From the IMG/VR virus record IMGVR_UViG_3300033153_007854: a stretch of 64,000 nt of DNA, one strand, 5' to 3'. A model generated the notes under the pieces. It was not told where the DNA came from. It saw only the letters and a list, made by a program, of their open reading frames with translations, and made no database searches. Shown here in pieces: positions 55,343 through 64,000 of the stretch. Made by a program: the position numbers and the translations under genes. This DNA is from an uncultured virus (IMG/VR IMGVR_UViG_3300033153_007854). Taxonomy: Duplodnaviria > Heunggongvirae > Uroviricota > Caudoviricetes. Position 1 is the first letter of the stretch. The number at the start of each line of letters is the position of its first letter.

Positions 55343-55882
55343 TCAGATTATCCGTTGAGCTATCCAGACATCGCCTTCCTTGAACTTCATCTTTCGTATG
55401 AGGGGCATGATGTCCTCTTCGAAGTCCTTGGGGTATATGATGCTATAACAGCTCTTTTCCCAGCCCTCTCGATTTGAACATTCGCATTGGATTTGACCGC
55501 ATCCCTTGTGGATGGCTTTGATGAGGGCTATGTATCCCTTCATAGCCCTCTTCTTATCGAGCCCCCAGGATATTAGGAGGATGTACTCGCCGCCCCTATA
55601 TTTTCCCCGTGGGGTGCTTATCTCAGGGAGGTAGTAGAACCCGTCTGTATCCGTTCGGTAGAAGTTGCGCTTCCGTGGGATGGTTGTATCGGTGAAGAAT
55701 TCATAAATTCTCTTTCCGTCAGTCACTATGATTGTCTGTTGGTATTTACCATGGCCACAGCAACAAGCCAGGGTCTTGATTTCATGCTCATTGAGGTCCA
55801 ATATGAGGTCTTTCATGCATCCGTCAACACGGATATTGCGCCCCTGGATGGATATTCGGCGGGAATTTCTTGAGGAACACAT
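55343..55882 (-). CDS. Hypothetical protein (VDxCM...TLACCCGHG motif)
   Basis: TGATG overlap; CCCGHGK. Confidence 0.7.
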   Translation of the reverse strand: MCSSRNSRRISIQGRNIRVDGCMKDLILDLNEHEIKTLACCCGHGKYQQTIIVTDGKRIYEFFTDTTIPRKRNFYRTDTDGFYYLPEISTPRGKYRGGEYILLISWGLDKKRAMKGYIALIKAIHKGCGQIQCECSNREGWEKSCYSIIYPKDFEEDIMPLIRKMKFKEGDVWIAQRII

Positions 55883-56247
55883 CAGGCAACACTCCGCTTT
55901 CCAAAATTGGGGAACATCCCTGGTATCTGGTCCGGTGTGACCCATTCCATATGCTCCCGAATACCTTTGTTCAGGGTCTTCATTATCTTCTCCGCCTCGT
56001 AAGCGCACCCGAGAGCGGTGGCGAAGTACCTTTCATTGTGATGGCGCACTGTTCTCAGCTTGTTTTCAAGGTCTTTGAACGCCTTGGCCTTCTCGCTTCT
56101 GGATATTTGCCTTCTGTCGAAGACACGCTTGAAGCCACGGCCCCTCATCGTGTTGAAGATAGCCCGCTGAAGCCATGGGTTGTCGTCCTCCGGCGGGACC
56201 ATGATGAGAAGGAATGCTGGTAATTCCGGCTTGGTAGACTCTTTCAT
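55882..56247 (-). CDS. Hypothetical protein
   Basis: ATGA overlap. Confidence 0.65.
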   Translation of the reverse strand: MKESTKPELPAFLLIMVPPEDDNPWLQRAIFNTMRGRGFKRVFDRRQISRSEKAKAFKDLENKLRTVRHHNERYFATALGCAYEAEKIMKTLNKGIREHMEWVTPDQIPGMFPNFGKRSVA

Positions 56248-56726
56248 GGTTCCACCATGCCCGTATCCCTCATATCTTTTTCCACCATCTTATTGATTCT
56301 TTCCTGTGCCTCTTGCCAGTCCTCATAGGTCGTATAAACTGGAACGTCGTGAATGATGTGGGTGGCGTCGGGGTATTCTTCCTTGTTTATAGGGTCTTCC
56401 GCTTCGGCGAACCTGAGAGCTTCCTCCCTGGATGAGAACGTGACACCTGAGCTTTGATGAACTTTCATCCTGGGCTCTCCACGGGTCTTCAGAAGCCATA
56501 GGTCGTGTGCGGCGAGGGCGATGAATGTGATTCCCATCATGACCATCGTAAGAGCTAATACGAGTGGCACGTTCGTCACATTGTATCCAAGTAGGGCTGG
56601 GAATATGAATATCCCGAAGAATAGCAGAAATATTCCTTCGGCTAAAACGTTTGTTATCGCCTGCTTTTTCCCGCCCAGTAATGCTTCTTTACCATCAGGC
56701 CAAACATATCGGTTTTTTTCTACCAT
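56244..56726 (-). CDS. Two-TM protein
   Basis: Class A promoter; GGTGGCACGATG start. Confidence 0.7.
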   Translation of the reverse strand: MVEKNRYVWPDGKEALLGGKKQAITNVLAEGIFLLFFGIFIFPALLGYNVTNVPLVLALTMVMMGITFIALAAHDLWLLKTRGEPRMKVHQSSGVTFSSREEALRFAEAEDPINKEEYPDATHIIHDVPVYTTYEDWQEAQERINKMVEKDMRDTGMVEP

Positions 56727-56779
56727 CGTGCCACCGATAGTATGATAGTAACTGGGACTTTATATGCTTTTAGGCGAGA

Positions 56780-57085
56780 TTATGCAAAAGTTATTTCGTG
56801 GATTTGCCCACAGCTCGTACAGAGGATTGTATGTCCTCCTTTGACATTCTCATAACACATCATTGTGATTTTGCAGGTCGAACAGGTCGGCAATTCCATC
56901 TGGGGCTCCATTTCCATCTTGAGGTAAGGATATATAACCGCCCCATCCTTCATCCTATCCCGCAATATTCTTGCTAGGAAATTCGAGGGGGCTTCGCCTT
57001 CCTCGCTGACGTATTTCTTATCGACATACCCAGGCGGTGACTTGAACTCGAAGACAATGCTTCCTGCTAGCCATGGCTGTCCCAC
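56780..57085 (-). CDS. Zn-ribbon protein
   Basis: CSTC...CTSCG. Confidence 0.6.
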   Translation of the reverse strand: MGQPWLAGSIVFEFKSPPGYVDKKYVSEEGEAPSNFLARILRDRMKDGAVIYPYLKMEMEPQMELPTCSTCKITMMCYENVKGGHTILCTSCGQIHEITFA

Positions 57086-57097
57086 TTAAATCACCCC

Positions 57098-57970
57098 TTA
57101 TTTGCTCTCAATGCGAGGGGCGAGCAGATACGTCCCCGTCACTCCTTCTGGTGTCTTCCATGTCAGTTTCACGGGATAATCCTTCCCGATGTGGAGATTA
57201 CCCTCATCTGTTTGGTATTGGAGGACTTTGAAGAAGCTATGTAGGTAATCTGCGGGGAATAGAGAGTATATCTCCTGGTCGTCCTTGAACGGGTCGCCTG
57301 TGGGGACGAAATCTGTCTCCAGCTCTGCCACCGTAGGACGCCGCTTCTCTGCCATATCGGTCAGGAGAGCTGTTGCTACCCTTGCATTTCTTGGTTTCGC
57401 AATGATGTAGGTGTGGTCCTGACAGGAATATCCCCTCTTGGTGGCTGTGTGGAAGTTGACCGCCAATATCTTGAGCGTGTCCCTGATTGGAAGTCCCTTG
57501 ATTACCGCTGGTAAGTTCAGAGTGGGTATCTTCGGGTCGTGTAACCCGGCGTCGTCTGGAAGGTTGAACCTGCGTATGATTGTGGACTGGTCGAGCTTAT
57601 ATCTAACTATGAGTTCGTTGTCAGTGAAAGCGAATTCGATGGCCTTTCCGTTGGGGAATACCTTCTTCATAGCAAAATATTTCAGCAAGCTCTTTATGTC
57701 GAGAGCGAAGCTATCCCCGAGCTTTGCCTTGAACGTACCGCCGAAAATGGATGCTGGAATCTCCAATTGGACCATGCAAACGTGCGACGGGTCCACGGTC
57801 TTGATTATGATATGTTTCTTCCTCTTTGTGCCTTTTATCCTGAGCATCACTTCTTCTTGGAGGGCCCGTACAGGTCCAAAAATTGTCCTGAGCTGGCCCG
57901 CCGTCAATGTGAAGGTCATATTCGGGTTCTTTGGCATCTTCATCAGCATTTCCGTCTTGGTAAGGTCCAT
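57098..57970 (-). CDS. pcn: DNA polymerase sliding clamp PCNA (divergent)
   Basis: TVDPSHVCMVQL, FPADYL, IGKDYPVKL, TYLLAPRIE. Confidence 0.85.
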   Translation of the reverse strand: MDLTKTEMLMKMPKNPNMTFTLTAGQLRTIFGPVRALQEEVMLRIKGTKRKKHIIIKTVDPSHVCMVQLEIPASIFGGTFKAKLGDSFALDIKSLLKYFAMKKVFPNGKAIEFAFTDNELIVRYKLDQSTIIRRFNLPDDAGLHDPKIPTLNLPAVIKGLPIRDTLKILAVNFHTATKRGYSCQDHTYIIAKPRNARVATALLTDMAEKRRPTVAELETDFVPTGDPFKDDQEIYSLFPADYLHSFFKVLQYQTDEGNLHIGKDYPVKLTWKTPEGVTGTYLLAPRIESK

Positions 57971-58140
57971 CGTATCACCATAGAACAGTAGCTATTGGGA
58001 CTTTATATCCTTTGCTGTAGACCTATAGCCTGCGACCCCCCGGAACATCTCTGCATATTTATGCGGTTATGTCTCATGAGGGCTGCCTCGTCCTTATGAT
58101 ATGTTTCAATAGCTCCGAATAGGTGCTATGAATATTATAT

Positions 58141-58268
58141 GGAATGAATCCCCCCCTCCCCCCAGTCAGAATATCCAGAGGGCAAGTTATTTTCTACGAG
58201 TGCGGGGGGTGATGAGTGCGGGCATGAGGCTGCGGGGACAAGGAGGGGAGAAGGGGGGGATTCATTCC
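58141..58268. repeat. Perfect 17-bp inverted repeat in a ~950-bp non-coding region
   Basis: GGAATGAATCCCCCCCT (58141-58157) / AGGGGGGGATTCATTCC (58252-58268). Confidence 0.85.
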
Positions 58269-58973
58269 GTTTGAATAATTCTAAAGCGGATGTCTCTTAG
58301 CAGGCGTACCCGTATGCGTAAGCGTATGGGACACGATGTTAGCGGTACGTTGATTCGTCCTATCCTGTTTTCCGAGGAGCTATCGTAGACTCCCCCTTTC
58401 CACCCGGTATAATCAACGGCCTATAGTTTCGTTGCAGGTTGCCGTTTTATAATCGGGGGTATTGTAGGTCGTAGATAGATGGTTCGGTGTCGGGGGGTTT
58501 GAGTAGGGGTTGATGCATCTATGATTCAAAGGAATAATGCATATTCCATATTCCATCAGAATATTTTAGAGGGCCTAATAATAGTAGTATCTGTATAGTG
58601 TATAGGGAGGGAGAGGTCGGTATTCTCGAATATTCCATTTTATTCCGTCGTCACTTTTTTGAATCGCTGGTTTATCGCCTATTCATGCGGTCTAAGTGCT
58701 GTATTTAACCAGTATAGGTCGTCTATAGCTTCTATACTCATATAAAAGCTATCCCCCTTTGGTAGTGCCACTCAAATCGGTTAAGTTGTCGTTAAGTTCT
58801 TATATTGAAATGACGTTACGGGTATCTATGACGGTGAATATCAAGGATGGAGACATTCCATGCTCGTTAAAGAGCAAGCTTACCAAGCAGACAGTGAAGG
58901 GTCATTTACGGTTGACTCGACGAGGAGCTATTTTCCTACCGACGAACCCCCTCGAACTCCTTAGCCCATCGGA

Positions 58974-59330
58974 GTGAGTGTAGAGCCTCGACGCTACTAC
59001 ACCTATCAACGGCTCCGAGCGAGCTATCGTGAGTCAATAGGTCATTGTGAGTCATGTGGTGTTACGGAGAACCTCACGATTCATCATATTCATCCACGTT
59101 CCAAAGGGGGAATGGACGTAATAGAGAACTATCGTGTACTATGCAGGCGTTGTCACACTGATGTTCACAGGGTTATTCGACCTGTGGACGTAGAAACCTT
59201 GGATTTGAGGGTTGTTTTCCCGGCAGACCCCTCTACCTGGAAGTATCGAGAGAAAAAGAAGCATCTGAAGTATAGTAGAAAAGGGAAAAATAAGAGAAAA
59301 ATGGCAGTAGAGCGTGGTTATTTCTTCTGA
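58974..59330 (+). CDS. HNH endonuclease
   Basis: CESCG...LTIHHIHPRSKGG...NYRVLCRRCHTDVH. Confidence 0.85.
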   Translation: MSVEPRRYYTYQRLRASYRESIGHCESCGVTENLTIHHIHPRSKGGMDVIENYRVLCRRCHTDVHRVIRPVDVETLDLRVVFPADPSTWKYREKKKHLKYSRKGKNKRKMAVERGYFF

Positions 59331-59686
59331 CAGGTGTTGTCTTCCCACTTGCCACCGTCGTTTTCACACTTCTGGCGTTCCTTCTTGAACATCCAGCCGA
59401 TGATGAAGATGACCAGGATTGCTATGATGGTCACGATGGCAGCCACGATGGTCAGTCCAATCCAACCCTCACCCCATTCGAGAACGGGGGCGAGCATCGC
59501 CATCACAGCGTCCTTCCAGACGAGTGCGGCTATGAAGCCAAAGGCGGCGACAATGAGGGTGGCGAACTGCTTCTTGACTTCTCCGATGCTCTCACCTTCG
59601 GCGGGACTTCGCCCTGGCTCTACGCCCCCTAACGGGCCTTCGCTTCTTCCTTCGGTCATTCCGGCATCTTCCGGTTCCCCGGTCAC
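59318..59686 (-). CDS. DUF5654-like two-TM protein with C-terminal Cys tag
   Basis: LIVAAFGFIAALVWKDAV; tail CENDGGKWEDNTCQKK. Confidence 0.75.
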   Translation of the reverse strand: MTGEPEDAGMTEGRSEGPLGGVEPGRSPAEGESIGEVKKQFATLIVAAFGFIAALVWKDAVMAMLAPVLEWGEGWIGLTIVAAIVTIIAILVIFIIGWMFKKERQKCENDGGKWEDNTCQKK

Positions 59687-59734
59687 GCACCTTTCCTCTA
59701 GGGCACTTTGGCTTTCCTGGTCTTGTTACTGGCA

Positions 59735-60154
59735 TTATGCTGTCTCCCAATCTTTTATTGTCCAAATCCCCGTTGTGTATCCATCTTCATCTGTGGGGAT
59801 GTAAACGTGAAGTATGACCTTATCGCCATCTTGGGCATCTACGAGTGTCGGAATGGGCTGTACCCATGGGGTTTCCTCGTATTCTGGAATTGTGTCGGTG
59901 TAATAGATGAAAGGTAGGATGTTGTCGAGCTGGATAATGTTGCTGTGGTCGTCTTCGTTCTCCAGCCGATTGACTGTGACGATACCCTTGACCTTATAGA
60001 CAGTTTCATCTGAGCTGAGGTACAGGTTCTCCGACTCGTTCTTGTCGAGGAACTCCTGAGCTGTCATTGTGTCATTGGTCACGGAGGTACAGCCTGCGGC
60101 GAATACGACTATGGAGAGCGTTAAGGCCATCAGAGCCAATATTCTGGTTCTCAT
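59735..60154 (-). CDS. Lipoprotein (OB-like)
   Basis: FAAGC lipobox; class B promoter. Confidence 0.75.
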   Translation of the reverse strand: MRTRILALMALTLSIVVFAAGCTSVTNDTMTAQEFLDKNESENLYLSSDETVYKVKGIVTVNRLENEDDHSNIIQLDNILPFIYYTDTIPEYEETPWVQPIPTLVDAQDGDKVILHVYIPTDEDGYTTGIWTIKDWETA

Positions 60155-60195
60155 CGGCAGTTACAATCTTCGAGTTTATATATATACGTTTGTAA

Positions 60196-60579
60196 TCAAT
60201 CAGGCATCCTTCTCATTACCGGGAGCCATACCTCGTCTACGTCCTGTCTTCCGACTTCCAGTTCCCACTCCTCTGTCTTGAAGCCATGGCGTTCGTAGAA
60301 TGCGGTGAGCCTATCGAGATGTTCTAGCTTGTTGGGATGAGCGGTCAGAACGATTGGCTTGGCCTCTTTTCCGGTGAAATCAATGATACACTCCAGAATC
60401 TTTGTTCCCCTTCCTGTTCCCTGGTCCTTAACGTTGAATGTTTTTATCAGGAACTCCTCAGAGAATCGTTGAACGAGTGCGCCGTCTATGCCATAATTGC
60501 CCCCGAACTCGACGAACTGGCCTTTATCCCTGACCTGGACGCCGTTTCTGATGCATACATCCGTGGTCATATCAATCAT
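60196..60579 (-). CDS. GNAT acetyltransferase
   Basis: QGTGRGTKIL...LTAFYERHGF. Confidence 0.8.
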   Translation of the reverse strand: MIDMTTDVCIRNGVQVRDKGQFVEFGGNYGIDGALVQRFSEEFLIKTFNVKDQGTGRGTKILECIIDFTGKEAKPIVLTAHPNKLEHLDRLTAFYERHGFKTEEWELEVGRQDVDEVWLPVMRRMPD

Positions 60580-61103
60580 TTCTTTAGGAATATGGCTGGT
60601 ATCAGAATGATTGCTCCGCCCCAGATTAGGAAGAAACCTATGGCGGGGGCCATGATGAGAGATAGACCGCTATCTGATACTGCTTGCGGGAATATTGAGA
60701 GGAACAGATATGAGAAGATGAGAACCTCGATGAATAGCGGTATGAACGCTCCGATGATTCCCTTTCTCCCTTTGGAAAGCGAGGCGACGATGACGACGAG
60801 AGCCGTCAGGATGAAGACGATTCCGAAGAATGAGATGAGAGTCTGCCCGCCATCTGGTAGAACGAACGTCTGGTCCTGGTAGGTGATGCCGTTGATGCCC
60901 ATGCTGGCTGTTGCCTCTGAAACACCATCGGCATTGCCGTCGATGCTGATGTAGAACCATGGCGTGAGTGCGCCGATGATGACCAGGAGGCCAGCCAGGA
61001 TGCATAGGATTAGTCCGATGTCGAGCTTGGTGCATTTCTTGGTATCCCCGTCCATCGCCCTTCCTATTGGACACGCTTCCTGTTTCTTCGCCTTCTTGGT
61101 CAT
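60576..61103 (-). CDS. Four-TM protein with N-terminal Cys tag
   Basis: CPIGRAMDGDTKKC, then TM helices; LTPWFY. Confidence 0.75.
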   Translation of the reverse strand: MTKKAKKQEACPIGRAMDGDTKKCTKLDIGLILCILAGLLVIIGALTPWFYISIDGNADGVSEATASMGINGITYQDQTFVLPDGGQTLISFFGIVFILTALVVIVASLSKGRKGIIGAFIPLFIEVLIFSYLFLSIFPQAVSDSGLSLIMAPAIGFFLIWGGAIILIPAIFLKK

Positions 61104-61457
61104 GGAAATCAGTACCCTTTAGGGGTTTATAAACATTTTGAAGTGGAGGTTGCCCCGGTTCCTATTGACTTCCTTCATAGGACAGCCAGTACATCTACAA
61201 TTTAGAGATTAGTGTGGCCCCATATCATTTTAATAGATATGGTCCGATAGCGACTTATTCCTTGCGGAACCGGGGCGAGAGTTCGTCGGTAGCCGCATCC
61301 GCTTCCCTCCCACATCCATGGATGATGTTTTCCTTTTTTTATGTAAGGATTGGGATGCGGGGGTGCTTGGATGTGGTGTAACGCACCCCCTTGGTGTGTG
61401 TAGTATTTCAGTGGGTATGTGGTAAGATAGCCTATTGCTTGGGGGCTTTATAAGCTT

Positions 61458-62672
61458 TTAGCTTATCGAGGCTGCCATTAGGTCTTTCCAAACGTCCTTC
61501 CAGTCCTTCTGCTGCTCGAATAGCTCTGGGCAATGGGTTTTGATGGCTTCATCTATGTCGATTTCATCGCCATTCTCGTCGGCGAAAAATGGGTGCTTGG
61601 GGACTATCCATTTATAACCATCTATCTCCCATAAGTGGAAAGTGCTTTCTTTCGTAATCGTCTTGTCCCATGAGCCTTTCCATGGGAACACCTTCACTTT
61701 CTCCATTATTTTATATTGGTTCTCCTCATATTTCTTTACCCTTGTAATGGAGCATTGTTTTGTGATATTTGAGTTCAGAATGAGGGCTTTATAGTTAGGG
61801 TGGCCTTCTTCTACTGATAGTAGATTGAACTGAGCCACGACCTTGAACTGTCCCAGGTTGAGATTTAAGTTGTCCAGTTCTTGGAATGGGAATTCGCCCA
61901 TCGCAATCTTGCTGTTCATCTCCGGGCATCTCTTCTTGATTTCTCCCACGATGCCTATCTTATTACCGGATGCGTCCATCCAGTGTTCTGTGGCTATGGT
62001 CATCGTATGGCCTACAACTATTTTGTCTGACCACTCTTTCGGGTGATTCAATTCGTAGACCGGGGCGAAAGCGTGTGGTATGATTTGGATTTCTCCATTT
62101 TTCAACTTCCGATAGAGCCCCCGCTTGCATCTCTTTGACCCTGGATGCCAAAAGATGACGTTGATGAAGTGTTGGATATTTTCTGGGTTGCCGACCCCAT
62201 CACCCAATCCCCACGCTATGAGGTTCGCCATATCCTTGTCCAGTAAAACGTTATGCGGTATGAGTTCTTCGAGGGAGAAGTCATAATCTGGTTCCGTCCA
62301 GCATTCGGCCTTTAAAAGCTTGTTGATGTCTTGGACGACCCCACTCTTGTTCATCCAGGGGCCATCGTATGCCGCAAGATGTTTTTGGCTTAATAACTGG
62401 TTAATGTCAGCTATGGTTGGATTAGTTGTTAATTCCATAGGCCAATCGTCTTCAGCCCCCCATATTTTTATGGATTCATCATTTGGGAAATCCATATACG
62501 TCATTCCCACGAACTGGCATTTACCAGCTTTGTCTTTGAAAATGAGAGGAGCGTGATTGAGATTTTTTATCTTCGACTCTTCCTTTACTAACGCTACGAT
62601 GTCCTTCTTCTTGACTCCCTTGAATATCCCCGGATAGGCTTTCTTGACCTTTGACCATGGGTAGGTAGGCAT
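61458..62672 (-). CDS. Hypothetical protein
   Basis: 404-aa ORF; class B promoter at 62695-62714. Confidence 0.8.
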   Translation of the reverse strand: MPTYPWSKVKKAYPGIFKGVKKKDIVALVKEESKIKNLNHAPLIFKDKAGKCQFVGMTYMDFPNDESIKIWGAEDDWPMELTTNPTIADINQLLSQKHLAAYDGPWMNKSGVVQDINKLLKAECWTEPDYDFSLEELIPHNVLLDKDMANLIAWGLGDGVGNPENIQHFINVIFWHPGSKRCKRGLYRKLKNGEIQIIPHAFAPVYELNHPKEWSDKIVVGHTMTIATEHWMDASGNKIGIVGEIKKRCPEMNSKIAMGEFPFQELDNLNLNLGQFKVVAQFNLLSVEEGHPNYKALILNSNITKQCSITRVKKYEENQYKIMEKVKVFPWKGSWDKTITKESTFHLWEIDGYKWIVPKHPFFADENGDEIDIDEAIKTHCPELFEQQKDWKDVWKDLMAASIS

Positions 62673-62712
62673 TAAGAATCCTATCAGGCTCTATTTATAT
62701 ATAGATTTGTAA

Positions 62713-63603
62713 TCAATCCCCATCCCCACCTACCGGGGCGAGGCGAATCTGGACCTTTGGTACGAATTGGCCATCCTCGCCGAGAATCAGGGTATGTATC
62801 CGGGCCTGGACTATGAATGGGATGTCGCTGATTTCTTGGTCATCCTCATCCTTTAGGTCTGATAATATTATGATGTCTCCTGTTATCGGGACCATTTCCA
62901 ATTCATCGGTGTTGAGAGGAATTATTCTTGAGGCCGCCATTATGAAGATGTTGTAGCCTGATAGGTCCATCTCGCCGCCCAGGTCATTACTGATGGGCTT
63001 TCCGAAAAGCCTGAGTTCGCACTTCAGTCCAGACTCGGTTTGGATAATGTAATACGCTTTCACGATGAGGCCGATTGGATTGGACAGTAGTTCCTTGTCC
63101 TCTTCTGTCTTTAGGTCTTGGAACGTGATGATGTCGCCCCTCTGTGGGATTGTGATTATTTCGTCCGGTGGAATGGGGACGAGCCTTTTGAAGTCCACGT
63201 TCAGCGTGATGTTCTGGTCTTGGTTTTCTAGGTAGGGCTGGTAATTGTCAAGTAGCATTTCTTGAAGTTGTTTGTCGTCGCCACATTCTCCCGCCAGGGA
63301 TACTGCGATGTCGGGGTTTTCCTCTGATAATCCCACGAATGCTTCCTTCCCAGTAATCATCACTGGTGCTTCGGGGGCAATTTGGTCACCGAATCCGATG
63401 AATACGATGGCATCCGTTATCTGTGGGATTGACGGGAAGATGCTGACAGGTAATTTGATGTTCATGTCATCAACTTGGAGTGCGATGTGGTCGGTGTTCT
63501 CCTCTTGTTCTGGCTCCGGTTCGGGTTCGGGCTGTTCCTCAGTTGGTTCTGGAGCGTCCTCCAGGCTGACCTGCCCGGTATCCTCTGGCACTCTATTCAC
63601 CAT
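62713..63603 (-). CDS. Acidic protein with internally repeated domain
   Basis: PQITDAIVF / PQRGDIITFQDLKTEEDKEL / PITGDIIILSDLKDEDDQEI. Confidence 0.7.
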   Translation of the reverse strand: MVNRVPEDTGQVSLEDAPEPTEEQPEPEPEPEQEENTDHIALQVDDMNIKLPVSIFPSIPQITDAIVFIGFGDQIAPEAPVMITGKEAFVGLSEENPDIAVSLAGECGDDKQLQEMLLDNYQPYLENQDQNITLNVDFKRLVPIPPDEIITIPQRGDIITFQDLKTEEDKELLSNPIGLIVKAYYIIQTESGLKCELRLFGKPISNDLGGEMDLSGYNIFIMAASRIIPLNTDELEMVPITGDIIILSDLKDEDDQEISDIPFIVQARIHTLILGEDGQFVPKVQIRLAPVGGDGD

Positions 63604-63737
63604 CCAGAATCTTGAACTTCTTGTGGCCGCCGAGTTCACTGGGTTCTTCCAGTTCTTCGGCTTTCTTGCCCGCCATCTCGATTATGGCCATGAAATGCCC
63701 TTTCATTTCCCTTTGCACATGGACTATGAATTCCATC
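63593..63737 (-). CDS. 47-aa hypothetical protein
   Basis: GGTGATACGATG start; class A promoter at 63763. Confidence 0.55.
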
Positions 63738-63782
63738 GTATCACCATTACACTCTATAGCTTGGGGGTTTATATGATTTCCG

Positions 63783-64000
63783 CTACTTGTGATTGTGATA
63801 GCAGCCCCCACAGTAGAGCGGGCCGCTCCCCTTTGGCTCGAATGGAACGGTTGCTTCTTCCCCACAGTCGGCGCATATGATTGGATATTGCTTCTTACCC
63901 CATTTCTGCTTTGGCTTCTCCTCTGACGGGTCCACATCGTCAAAGTCAAAGTCGGCCTTTGCTATCGGTTTCTTTGGCGGCTCGTATTTGACCCATAGGG
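63783..64000 (-). CDS. C-terminal CxxC-x17-CxxC zinc-ribbon domain (partial gene)
   Basis: IICADCGEEATVPFEPKGSGPLYCGGCY*. Confidence 0.7.
   Translation of the reverse strand, partial: LWVKYEPPKKPIAKADFDFDDVDPSEEKPKQKWGKKQYPIICADCGEEATVPFEPKGSGPLYCGGCYHNHK

Noticed and set aside
54620..55477. Long plus-strand ORFs (also 50477..51220, 63272..63880, 11707..12288, 39608..40048)
   Set aside because: Antisense shadows of well-supported minus-strand genes, with no SD or promoter.
1..64000. Genome-wide stop-codon reassignment
   Set aside because: Many well-packed genes end in TAG or TGA with immediate downstream starts; long ORFs are intact under code 11.

Overview
This is a gene-dense 64-kb segment of a large archaeal virus or Borg-like extrachromosomal element. 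Almost all genes are short, on the minus strand and without recognisable homologues. They are driven by archaeal TATA promoters with GGTGA Shine-Dalgarno motifs; no rRNA, ribosomal-protein operon, capsid gene or CRISPR array is visible. Between 7.9 and 34.4 kb lie 30 tRNA genes covering all 20 amino acids, four of them with introns. Interspersed are several non-canonical tRNA-like RNAs: two covarying 59-nt anticodon-less mimics, a minihelix nested in a tRNA intron, two ~150-nt expanded tRNA-like RNAs and a chimeric pseudo-tRNA. The same region holds other structured ncRNA candidates and 11-bp tandem arrays. Proteins recognised by motif: an aRF1 homologue interrupted by in-frame TAG and TGA codons in known leaky contexts, PCNA, an ATP-dependent RNA ligase, two ART/Tpt1-like proteins, LAGLIDADG and HNH nucleases, an SF2 helicase, a DEDD exonuclease, an HhH glycosylase, dCMP deaminase, bacterial-type CoaD, a GNAT and a clostripain-like protease fragment. 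Two distinct repeated promoter classes partition the genes. The second class is enriched in membrane proteins carrying a shared C-x(2-3)-G-x2-[WF]-[DN]-x(3-5)-C tail. All family calls come from motif recognition by eye, not from database searches.
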